Source of the DNA: a virus
DNA length: 63,687 nt
Virus record (IMG/VR): IMGVR_UViG_3300045988_102303
Strand: one strand, 5' to 3'
In this document: one piece after another, positions 31,928 through 41,600 of the stretch
How the letters are laid out: each line of letters begins with the position of its first letter
How positions within the stretch are numbered: the first letter of the stretch is position 1
Notes under the pieces: generated by a model
The model's database searches: none
What the model saw: only the letters and a program-made list of their open reading frames with translations
Told to the model about the DNA's origin: nothing
Program-made: the position numbers and the translations under genes

Positions 31928-32216
31928 GTTGTTGTTCAACCTCCTTTTTTAACTGGTCATATATTGAATGTACATAACCGTTCCCATGCAATTCGATATA
32001 TCTATCCCCTGCGTGGATTCGCTCCTCCAATGATAAATCTTCATTCAAAATAACAAGTTTTAAAGTATACATTGTATTTTCTTCCATAATTTCTTGAAAT
32101 TCATGAATTTTATCAGCTACTGCTTTCATTACTTTGAATATTTTTATAAAAGTCGTAACAACTACAGTAAGTGCAGTTAGGAGACTTGCTAGATATAATA
32201 TAGAATTTACTGTCAT
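31902..32216 (-). CDS. Membrane-anchored protein of lysis cassette (104 aa)
   Basis: N-terminal TM ILYLASLLTALTVVVTTFIKIF; SD AAGGAGGTATTCGAAT-ATG; first gene after the lysis promoter. Confidence 0.6.
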   Translation of the reverse strand: MTVNSILYLASLLTALTVVVTTFIKIFKVMKAVADKIHEFQEIMEENTMYTLKLVILNEDLSLEERIHAGDRYIELHGNGYVHSIYDQLKKEVEQQHEHDTRIN

Positions 32217-32241
32217 ATTCGAATACCTCCTTGTTACTTAT

Positions 32242-32272
32242 ATTATATTTAAAGTAAGCGTAAAATTGTAAA
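32242..32272 (-). promoter_or_regulatory. Family-1-geometry promoter for lysis cassette (TTTACA-N17-AATATAAT)
   Basis: Minus strand TTTACAATTTTACGCTTACTTTAAATATAATATAAG. Confidence 0.55.
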
Positions 32273-32303
32273 TAAAAACTACCTACATATAAAGTAGATA
32301 GTT
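32272..32303 (-). terminator. Rho-independent terminator after tail-fibre gene
   Basis: Minus strand AACTATCTAC-TTTATAT-GTAGGTAGTT (one G.U) followed by TTTTATTT. Confidence 0.7.
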
Positions 32304-32328
32304 TTTATCAATGTATACTATTTTTAAA

Positions 32329-35300
32329 TTATGCATTTAAAAAAGTTTTTATAGCCATCATAGCTGTTTGTATTTCAGTATCTGATAAGACTCTATTATA
32401 TACTAATACCACTTTCCAATATATTCCAGCTGTACCAACATTTCCTAATAATGCTGGATAACTTCCTTGTGTAAATGCTGATGATAATACTACATTTTTA
32501 TTTTTTACAGTATCTTCTGTAAATGCCATAGTATCAGCGTCTACTCTTAAAATTTGTTTATTATATCTTAATGCTATACAACCATCTATTTTATATCCTG
32601 CCTCTTGAGTAGTCATATTTATTGTACCTAATTTAGTACCAGTTGCACCGATATATCCTACCTCATTTGTATTTATATATGCTGTACTTTGATTTTGAGA
32701 TAATTTTTGTTTATTTGAGAAAATAGGATTTTTAGCATTTGTAAAATCACCTGCAAGTATTACAGTTTGTGATTCTCCAAAATCATAATAGTTACTAAAT
32801 CCAGATAATGTTAAGTGGTCTTTATAATTTGCTCCTGCCCAATAGAAACTATCTCCGTCATATACCATATAAGAAGCTATATCAGAAGAATTATTAGTTG
32901 CAACTTTCCATTGTAGTTGAGTATTATCTATTGCATTTCGCCATGATGTACTAGACATACCATTTCTATCTAATTGAAGTGTTAAGCCTGATGTTGGATG
33001 TCCTGTTAATTGTACAGCATCTTTAACTGTTATAGAACATTCAGCTTTTACACTCGAATCTGCACTAGAGTATGCAGTTATAGTACAAATACCTTTAGTT
33101 TTACCTGTAACAACACCATTAGTTACAGTAGCTACATCCGTATTACTTGATTTCCAAAGAATAGAGTCAGTATGATTAGCAGGTGTAGCAGTTGCAATAA
33201 GAGTACTGCTAGTTCCATTATAAATTGATAATGTATTTTTATTTAATTCAATACTTTTAGCATTTATATTTGTATTTTGTGCTACAGTTACATTAATAGT
33301 AGCTGTAACTCCATTAGTTGCTCTAGCTGTTATTTTACAATTACCAGTACCTATAGGATATATTCTTGAACCATATACTGTTGCCACATTAGTATTGCTT
33401 GATTCATAGTTGACATTATTATCCCAAGCTATAGAAGGGTTAACTGAATAATATACATCAATAGGGTCATCACCCATATTAAATGATAAATTATTTTGAC
33501 TTAATGTAATAGATTGAACATCTGTTTTTTCTGTAACTCCAACTGGTGCATAAACTCTAACCCAATCAACTTCCATTTTCATTGAAGTACAATCTTCTGT
33601 AGGATATCCACCTGTAGAACCAACCGCCATATTTAAGATTATGTATTGAGGTCTTTGCCATGATGTTATATCGGATATATTTTTTCTTCCAGTTTCAACG
33701 CCATCTATATATGCAATCATTGTTGTTTCTGTCCATTCTACAGCATATACATGATATTGTGAAGCGTCAATATTTTTACTACCAAATATCATCTGTAGAT
33801 TACCTTTTCCGTCATCTTGATTATACCAACCACCTTGAACGATTTCACCATTAGTTCCTCTACCTTCGAACATATCTATTTCACCATTTTGTGCCCATTG
33901 AGTTCCTTTACTCTTAAGAACACCATGTATATTTTCACCAGTTGGATAATATGCGCAAGTACCAATTGTCCAGAAAGCTGGAAATGCGCCAGATACTACG
34001 TCATATTTTAATTTTGCTTCTAATCTTCCATATTTGAACCCAGCTAAACCGCTTGTGTCTATTCTACCACTACTCCAAGTATAACCACTAACATAGCCAT
34101 CTTTTTTAGCTTCTAGAATTAAGTTACTATTTTCTAATCTAGTATTTGCAGTTCTAGCTACTGTATATGCTTGTTGTTCACTACCTCCACTATTATGAGT
34201 TGCATATCTCCATTTGCTAGTATCTAGTGTTTGACCATCAAATTCATCATGCCATACTAATAATCTATCTTTTAATAGTCCGTCTAAGTTTGACTCATCT
34301 CCTCCACCTGAAACGTATTCAGTAGTAACTGTTATGACAATATTTCCAATAACTCTAGGTATAATTATTTTACCACCTGAATAGACATCATTTGTAATGT
34401 CTGTGCCATACATAGTTACTGTTACATTTTTTATTCTATAATTGCTATCGGCAGTTATAGTAGCAGTATAAGAAGACTTTTCTTCTATAGATGTTGCAGA
34501 GTTACTATTAGTAGCATGAGATAGATTGTTAGTTATAGTGTATCTTGTTATTTCACTTGTAACTGATTCAGTAGTAACAGTTATAACAACATTTCCAGTA
34601 ACACTAGATATATTGATTCGTCCATTTGAATATGCAATATTTGTAATATCTGTACCTCCCATAGTTACTGTTACAGTTTTTATTCTGTAGTTACTATTAG
34701 CAGTTATAACAGCATTATACGATGCATTTTCTGCTATAGATGTAGCATTATTTGAGTTAGTAGCATTGGATAGATTGTTAGTTATAATATAAGTATTTGG
34801 AGTAGGCGGTTCAACTGTACCACCATCTATAGTAATACTAGACAGTTCTCTTGTTCCGAACATTAATTTTATAGTATTATTAGCACCGGATACCAGTTTT
34901 AGCGAGTTTGGAATATTATTTATATCAGCTTTTACTCCACTATCGTCGTAATTACTTAATCCTTTTAGTTTGTTTTTTTCTTCAGTTGTAAAATCATTAG
35001 TACTAAGTCCTTTACCTGTGACTTTATCAACCTTTGTACTAATATCAGGTATATCAGATTTTTTTGCATAATCACTTAAATCGACACCAGCACCATTTTC
35101 AATTTTCTTCACAATATCTTTACATTGTGTATTAACTTCATTTATTGCACCTTTAATTGTTTTATCTGTAGTGAGTAAATCTACTGCACCTAAATTATTT
35201 TTAATATTATTAATGTTAGTTTTTATATCGCTATCATCATAATTTCTTAAATTAGATAATTTAGTTCGTTCTTCATCTGTAATAATTTTTTTACTAATAT

Positions 35301-35904
35301 TTTTCAATTGTGTATTATTATAGGTAATCCCATCTTCCATTCTATTTAGTTCTGCTGTTGTTATTTTTTCTTTAGCTACCCATGTTTTTCTATTAAAAGT
35401 TCCCTCATTTGTTACTGCTTCAAGTGGTGCGGCATATGTTGTTAATGCTTGGTTAACAATAGCGTCATCAGTCAAATTAGAAGTTCCTATTTTATCAAAT
35501 AAAGGTTGTTGTATATGGATGCAAGATTTAATAGGAGGTAAAGTTAATACAGCCTCTTTTTTAGCATCAAGTAATCTTATTTGGATACTATAATCGCCTA
35601 TCTCTACATCTTCATCTGTGAGCTGCTCTTCTATAATTAAGATTACCGCACCATTTTTTGTAGCTTGTATATCAAAGTCAATTTTAATATCACTTTCATA
35701 ATCATCTTTCTTAAATTTGACTTGAGCATACGATGCTTGTGAGCTAACTACTAAGTTGTTAGTAATATCACTATCATACATATATTTATTATTCACAATA
35801 CTAAAAGTTATTTGAATATTCTTGTCATATTTATATATGTATATATCATTGTCGAGAGTCGCGACATTATTATTTACAGTTATTATACTATCTCGTTTTA
35901 TCAT
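32329..35904 (-). CDS. Tail fibre / receptor-binding protein with fibre repeats, duplicated ~84-aa module, GH16 glucanase-like domain, two Big_2-like domains and a C-terminal lectin-like domain
   Basis: TDEERTKLSNLRNYDDS / TTEEKNKLKGLSNYDDS fibre repeats; GH16 motif NGEIDMFEGRG; ATVYGSRIYPIGTGNCKITA and ATVTNGVVTGKTKGICTITA Ig-like. Confidence 0.75.
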   Translation of the reverse strand: MIKRDSIITVNNNVATLDNDIYIYKYDKNIQITFSIVNNKYMYDSDITNNLVVSSQASYAQVKFKKDDYESDIKIDFDIQATKNGAVILIIEEQLTDEDVEIGDYSIQIRLLDAKKEAVLTLPPIKSCIHIQQPLFDKIGTSNLTDDAIVNQALTTYAAPLEAVTNEGTFNRKTWVAKEKITTAELNRMEDGITYNNTQLKNISKKIITDEERTKLSNLRNYDDSDIKTNINNIKNNLGAVDLLTTDKTIKGAINEVNTQCKDIVKKIENGAGVDLSDYAKKSDIPDISTKVDKVTGKGLSTNDFTTEEKNKLKGLSNYDDSGVKADINNIPNSLKLVSGANNTIKLMFGTRELSSITIDGGTVEPPTPNTYIITNNLSNATNSNNATSIAENASYNAVITANSNYRIKTVTVTMGGTDITNIAYSNGRINISSVTGNVVITVTTESVTSEITRYTITNNLSHATNSNSATSIEEKSSYTATITADSNYRIKNVTVTMYGTDITNDVYSGGKIIIPRVIGNIVITVTTEYVSGGGDESNLDGLLKDRLLVWHDEFDGQTLDTSKWRYATHNSGGSEQQAYTVARTANTRLENSNLILEAKKDGYVSGYTWSSGRIDTSGLAGFKYGRLEAKLKYDVVSGAFPAFWTIGTCAYYPTGENIHGVLKSKGTQWAQNGEIDMFEGRGTNGEIVQGGWYNQDDGKGNLQMIFGSKNIDASQYHVYAVEWTETTMIAYIDGVETGRKNISDITSWQRPQYIILNMAVGSTGGYPTEDCTSMKMEVDWVRVYAPVGVTEKTDVQSITLSQNNLSFNMGDDPIDVYYSVNPSIAWDNNVNYESSNTNVATVYGSRIYPIGTGNCKITARATNGVTATINVTVAQNTNINAKSIELNKNTLSIYNGTSSTLIATATPANHTDSILWKSSNTDVATVTNGVVTGKTKGICTITAYSSADSSVKAECSITVKDAVQLTGHPTSGLTLQLDRNGMSSTSWRNAIDNTQLQWKVATNNSSDIASYMVYDGDSFYWAGANYKDHLTLSGFSNYYDFGESQTVILAGDFTNAKNPIFSNKQKLSQNQSTAYINTNEVGYIGATGTKLGTINMTTQEAGYKIDGCIALRYNKQILRVDADTMAFTEDTVKNKNVVLSSAFTQGSYPALLGNVGTAGIYWKVVLVYNRVLSDTEIQTAMMAIKTFLNA
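34312..34794 (-). repeat. Tandem duplication (2 x ~252 nt) inside tail-fibre gene
   Basis: TYIITNNLSNATNSNNATSIAENASYNAVITANSNYRIKTVTVTMGGTDITN... versus RYTITNNLSHATNSNSATSIEEKSSYTATITADSNYRIKNVTVTMYGTDITN... Confidence 0.85.
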
Positions 35905-36043
35905 TTTTTTCCTCCTTTTCCTGTTTTAATTTTTCATATTGTTGCTGTAAAACAACATATTTAGCCTTAAATAGATTACATTCTTCTATTGAGTCAGCTA
36001 ATTGTTTTTTATATAAGTTTAGCATAATTTCTATCTCGGACAT
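35888..36043 (-). CDS. Small coiled-coil protein (51 aa; start trimmed)
   Basis: SD GAGGTGATTTAT-ATG at 36043 (MSEIEIMLNLYKKQ...); the track extension to 36097 overlaps a terminator hairpin. Confidence 0.5.
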   Translation of the reverse strand: MSEIEIMLNLYKKQLADSIEECNLFKAKYVVLQQQYEKLKQEKEEKNDKTR

Positions 36044-36069
36044 ATAAATCACCTCATACTTAATTATAT

Positions 36070-36099
36070 AAAAAGAAAGGTGATAAGTTAATATCACCT
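36070..36099 (-). terminator. Rho-independent terminator
   Basis: Minus strand AGGTGATA-TTAACT-TATCACCT followed by TTCTTTTTAT. Confidence 0.65.
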
Positions 36100-36105
36100 C
36101 TATAT

Positions 36106-38685
36106 TTATTCTGCATAAGTAATTTTTATTTTACAAGTACCTGAACATACTGAATAATGTGCTTTATCTTGTGATGAAGGTACAAGTCCAACTCCTTTTG
36201 CTTTCATGAAGTTTGATATATCGGTACTACTTGTTAATGTAATTATTCCAGTTGAACCTACACCGACAGATACAGATTTACTAAAGTCACTTCTAAAGGA
36301 AGGTGTGCCACTTGGTCTTGAACTATAATTATGTGTTTTTACTCCATGTAAAACTTCTCCATAACTACCTCCGCTTTGTCTTGTAAATGTAATTACTATT
36401 TTACTAATATTTTTATTAGCATAATTACTCAATTTATTACCGAAGAACCAACAACCTACGCAATCACCGTAACCATAGTCACCTTGTCTAACTGTACCAT
36501 CTTTTTTCCAGTTGTTATAAACTGTTTTTCTATAAGTGTCGCCATAATCGGCAGTTAGTGTGATAGTTTTAGTTTCTGTCGATGTGTTGGTATTTGTATT
36601 TGTTCCACTTATTGTAGTTCCATTAAATGTTGCGCCTTCTGCACGAATAATACCATTAGAACCTGTTTTATAATGATTAGTGCCAGACTTTCTACTTACT
36701 TGAGTTGTGGCACTTAATGATATATCTGAACCTGATAAACTATAAAAGGCAAAAGAAGATGTAGTTCCATTAGATGATGCACAATGAACTTTAGACTGAA
36801 CATATGCTCTTACTGCATTATAACAATTTACAAATGAAACATTATCAATTTTTCCTTGCGCAAATGAAGAAAATTCTATTCCACTATTATTGCCACTTCC
36901 ATTTCCTGCGTATATAGTTGCATCTTTAATTTTTAAACTTGTGTTATATACAAATACTGAATAATTTCCATTATCTCCAACGTAAGCGTTATTTGGCATT
37001 ATAACTCCATTATTATTATCCGCAAATTCATATTCCATAGTTTTTATACCAAAGTATAAATAGCCTTTAATTGTATGATTATTGAAGTTTAATATTATTC
37101 TGCCGTTATTTTGAGTAGCAAAAACCAAATTACCGTCATAATTGCTAGCAAATATTAACGTAACTTCATGACCATTTAAATTAATTGGACAAGCTTCTTG
37201 AAAATCAAATAATGTTGTATAAGTACTGCCATTTTCAAATTCATCTGAATTTGTGCTTGTATTATCAATAGTGATAACGACGTCTTCGTCTAATACAGGT
37301 TGATATCTTGAATTATTAATAGTATTAAATGTTAATATATCAGTTGATATTTCTTTGTCAACAGACAGCGAGTCGATTTCAGCTCTACCGTCTTCTAGTA
37401 TTCTGAAACTTCCATTCGCAGTAATAAGCCCTTCAAGTGAAATGTTCTTGGCTTTTAATTTTATATTGGAGTTAGCTATTGCTTCGATTGTTGCATCAGT
37501 CAAAGTTAAACTTGATTGAGTTGAACCTTTCTGTACTATCCATTGGAACATCTCAGCAGTTTGATTTGCTACTGAGATTGCTTTCGCTGACTCATGCTTA
37601 GCCTCCCAGCTACTTAAATAAGCAGGAGTAGTATATGTTACTGTTCTATCCGAATATGTGATTTCCGTCATATACCAAAGGAATTTTCCTTCCACATACT
37701 CAGGCATATTTTTAGTCCAACCACTAGCATGCACATCTGGAGCGCTAGTTTTTGATGTATGTACAAAATAATATATTGCCGTATTTGTAATACTAACTCC
37801 ATCGTCTCCTTTTTCACCTGGGGTACCTGGGTCACCTTTTTCACCTGGAGGACCTTGTTTTCCGTCAAGTCCACTTATACAAGTTGGGTCATCATAGGTA
37901 ATTTCACCTTTACTATTTCTTGCAGCTGTTCTCATCCAAATATATCCTGTAGTAGCACTTGATGGTCTAGTAGTTGACCAACTGCCTCCTATTAATTCAG
38001 TAGAAGATGTGGATACATAAAATTCATTATATACCCCAGTAACTGTAATATCTAATGTGGATTCCATACTTTGTACTTTAGTAGTGAAGCCATCCATTGT
38101 CTGTTTTAATTGTGACGCTTTAGTCATAGCTGCGTCTGCTTTCGAATTAGCGTCATTTGCTACTCCTTCAATTGTACCTACATTTGTTTCAATGCCATTA
38201 ACTGTTTGTGATAATGTAGAATATAATACTTTTAATTTTACTTTTGTTCCATCAAGTTGTTCAACTTCAGTATCTGCGATAACGCCGTCAATTCTTTTTC
38301 TTTGTTCATCAACTGATAATTTTATTTGATTTAATTCTTCTAAACTACCTGCATTTAAAATAATTGTGCCGTCATCACTTACAGAAATGGCAGTACTTCG
38401 ACCGCCATTTGTAAGTAAGTCTATAACTGTATCAATATTCATATCTAACTTGGTATTTTGTAAATCGTCAATTTGTTCTTGTAAATTTTCAGATTGCGCT
38501 TGTTTTTGTGCTGCATTAAGTTTATTGTAATCTTCAGTTTGTTGTTGCATTGAGTTTTCCATTTCTTCAAGGTCAGTTTGAGTAACTTCTCCTTTTTCCA
38601 ATACTTCTAGTAGAATTTTCTCTAGTTGACCATATGAATTTTTATACTTATTATTTAATTCCAGTATATGTTCCAAATTAGCCAT
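36106..38685 (-). CDS. Tail/baseplate structural protein with collagen-like G-X-Y segment
   Basis: N-terminal coiled coil; GLDGKQGPPGEKGDPGTPGEKGDDG; position between tail-associated lysin and fibre. Confidence 0.7.
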   Translation of the reverse strand: MANLEHILELNNKYKNSYGQLEKILLEVLEKGEVTQTDLEEMENSMQQQTEDYNKLNAAQKQAQSENLQEQIDDLQNTKLDMNIDTVIDLLTNGGRSTAISVSDDGTIILNAGSLEELNQIKLSVDEQRKRIDGVIADTEVEQLDGTKVKLKVLYSTLSQTVNGIETNVGTIEGVANDANSKADAAMTKASQLKQTMDGFTTKVQSMESTLDITVTGVYNEFYVSTSSTELIGGSWSTTRPSSATTGYIWMRTAARNSKGEITYDDPTCISGLDGKQGPPGEKGDPGTPGEKGDDGVSITNTAIYYFVHTSKTSAPDVHASGWTKNMPEYVEGKFLWYMTEITYSDRTVTYTTPAYLSSWEAKHESAKAISVANQTAEMFQWIVQKGSTQSSLTLTDATIEAIANSNIKLKAKNISLEGLITANGSFRILEDGRAEIDSLSVDKEISTDILTFNTINNSRYQPVLDEDVVITIDNTSTNSDEFENGSTYTTLFDFQEACPINLNGHEVTLIFASNYDGNLVFATQNNGRIILNFNNHTIKGYLYFGIKTMEYEFADNNNGVIMPNNAYVGDNGNYSVFVYNTSLKIKDATIYAGNGSGNNSGIEFSSFAQGKIDNVSFVNCYNAVRAYVQSKVHCASSNGTTSSFAFYSLSGSDISLSATTQVSRKSGTNHYKTGSNGIIRAEGATFNGTTISGTNTNTNTSTETKTITLTADYGDTYRKTVYNNWKKDGTVRQGDYGYGDCVGCWFFGNKLSNYANKNISKIVITFTRQSGGSYGEVLHGVKTHNYSSRPSGTPSFRSDFSKSVSVGVGSTGIITLTSSTDISNFMKAKGVGLVPSSQDKAHYSVCSGTCKIKITYAE

Positions 38686-38689
38686 ATTA

Positions 38690-41600
38690 TCAATCCTTTC
38701 TTATTCTACATACTAATATAACCTTGCCAGGTTGATTATCTTTTAATTTACGTTTATATACAACATCACTAACAGAAGTAACTTCAATAGTAGTCGCATC
38801 TCCGTCAGCATCAAATCCGCTACATATTCCTACATGAGAAACTGACATAAATCTATTTAAATCTTTGCCGTCTCTATCCCAAAATATCAAGTCACCTTTT
38901 TCTATATTTGACCAATTAGTTGTATCAATTCCAGTTGCTACCCAACCTTTTGATACACAATATTTTGCGATGTCGGCAGCAGTTCGACCTGGGTTAAATG
39001 CCCATGCTACTGTCGAACTTTTTTTATCTCGTGAAGTCCATTTTTTACTATAAGGCGACTCAGTATACGGAATGCCTTTACAACATAATGCCACGAATGT
39101 TGAGCAATCTATATGATATTTACCATTAGAGTCTTTCCATTTTGATTTATTCTTATGTGGGTTTGTATAAGTTAATGGAGTTTTTGTATTATATACAAAT
39201 TTTGCTCTATTTTCCCAATAAGTTTCTCCGATTTCAATAATCTTATCTCGTCCTATAAAATCACCACAATCTGTGTATGTGCCATCACCATGATTAGCAG
39301 TAACAACTCCTATATATTTTTTGCCATTATATGAGTTAGCTCTATTTGGGTTACTTAAACATAAAATTGTATATTCAGTATCTGCTTTACATATTAATGC
39401 ACCGCTACTACAGTCATCGCCTTCATAATATATTATATTCGATTGTGTAAATTTTGTTGGTTCAGTATCTTTTTGTGTTTTAAATTTATACTTAGCCCAA
39501 AATGTATCAGATACAGCTGAATAAAATTTAATGAATATACTTTTTACAAGTCCGAAATCTTTATCATCTTTAAATTCCATAATGTACTCCACATTCTTTG
39601 CAGTTTCTTCAGGTTTTGTATCTTCTGAAGGTGTATAGCCTATCACTTTATTTTTTATTGCCGTTTTTACTTGATTATAATAAGCTTGTGTACTTGCTTT
39701 ATCTGCGCATGTATACCCATCTGAAGTGTCTGGAACGTTACCTATATCAAGGAATATAACATATTGAGTTTTATTACAGTATGTTTCAATTATATTATTA
39801 TATTCATCGACATTTGTATTTATAGTTTGATAATCAGCTAATACAGAAGTTGCATGCCATTCTTTTGCAATAAATATTGGAGTTTTCGGATATTTAACTA
39901 ATAGAGTTTCTACTAGATTTATTACATTCTGTGCATCGTCTGTAGTTAGATGATTTATTCCAAAATGTAAAAATATATATTCAGGTTGAGTTGGGTAAGG
40001 TAATGAGTCAGCAGTTTCCCCAACTTGTATATATGAAACTAAAAGGTCGTCTTCATAGAACATATCTGCAGTTGCACCTGGAACTCCTTTAGCTGTAAAT
40101 GCATTTAAGTCTTTATTTTGCACTATTTGGTCATCAATAATAATTTCACCGTCAGCTCCTGTACTCTCTGTATTAGTAACAAGTTTATCTTTTTCTACTA
40201 ATTCATAAGGTCTTAGACAGAAACCATATTTGTAAATGTCAGAATATACTGGCATATACATTATTGCTTTTGGCCACCAATCCCATTTTCTTGCATGTGC
40301 TACCATATGAGTGCCATTTTCTTTTCCACAATATATTAATGTGTGATGCGTAAAGTTCTTTGATATAGCTTGCGCTCTTGTAAATGTTGTAGGGCATGTT
40401 TTATTAGTCATCATTATAATATCGCCAGGTAGCATATTCTCTATTGATGTTTTTGTTATTTTAAACATTTTGTAGCCAGGTTTTGCAGTGGCACCTGCAA
40501 CTAATGTACCATAAGCACAACTTTTAGCATATACAGATTTCATGCCAGCTTTTAAATATGAACATGATACTAATGATGAACAGTCATAACAAATTGGATT
40601 TTTTATACCATATATTGTTCCCTTATATCTGTTCGGTTTATCGAAATTGACAGTTCTACTACCCTGGTCATAGGTAGCTATTTTTTGGTCGACATGCTGA
40701 CTTACTATTTTCTTTGCTGTATCTACTATTATTTTTCTAACTTCGGAACCCGTAGCTTGAGTTGTTTGTTGTTGCCCAGGTTTACTATCTCCAGTATTAC
40801 TAACTCCAAGACCATATTTTTTACCTTGTTTATCGAGTATATAAGGTAAACTACCATTCTGTGACTGATAGAAACATAAATATAGTTCAATATTATTGAC
40901 TGTACCTGCTGGCTTGCCTATCGAATTTCGATAAGCTACCCAATCTTTCCTATATGATGCAAAATCACCTGTGCCACTCTCTAATACCTCATAACATTTA
41001 GTTCTGTATGCAGTAGGTAAACTATAGAAATTCAGATAAGAATTTTTAAAAGTGAAGCCATATTTCTCTGCTGTGTATTTTGCAACTATCCAAGCAGCTG
41101 CCCCTATGCCCATATTGTTACCTATCAACATAGCAAATATATTATAATGACACCAATCAGCGGAATATCTTAGTTCATGGCAGCCAAACATTATTTGATT
41201 ACTAATATTCTTATCTACTACAACTCCATTTACTGTAGTAGTTCCGCCCTTGTTAGGTTGCATTGTATTATAAGAAGGCGTGAATGTTCTCGTACTTCCA
41301 TCTATAAAAGTTATTGTTTGCTTTTTATTAAAGTATGTGGAGCGTTCACATTGCATTAATCCATATCCGCCGCCGCTGTAAGAAGTTGCAGATGTTGGAT
41401 TCCCCCTGGATTCTCCGCAAATACACATAAAAACAATATAAGGGTCTAATCCGAATTTAGGGGCCCAATAATTTACTATTGTAGGTATTTTATATTTATT
41501 ATTAGGGTTGACTATCGCTGTAAATTCTGGGTCATTAACTGACTTACCTAAATTGTATTTACTATAGTATTTTATTGCTTCTGCATAGGCTTTCGTGTCT

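Noticed and set aside
36044-36097. N-terminal extension MILTYHLSFYIIKYEVIY of ORF 35888..36097
   Set aside because: The extension has no SD and overlaps the terminator hairpin at 36070-36099. The internal ATG at 36043 has a good SD (GAGGTGA).
37668-37874. 68-aa minus-strand ORF inside the collagen-repeat tail protein gene
   Set aside because: It is an alternative frame of 36106..38685 over the G-X-Y repeat. It has no SD, and its sequence is an obvious frame-shifted echo of the repeat.
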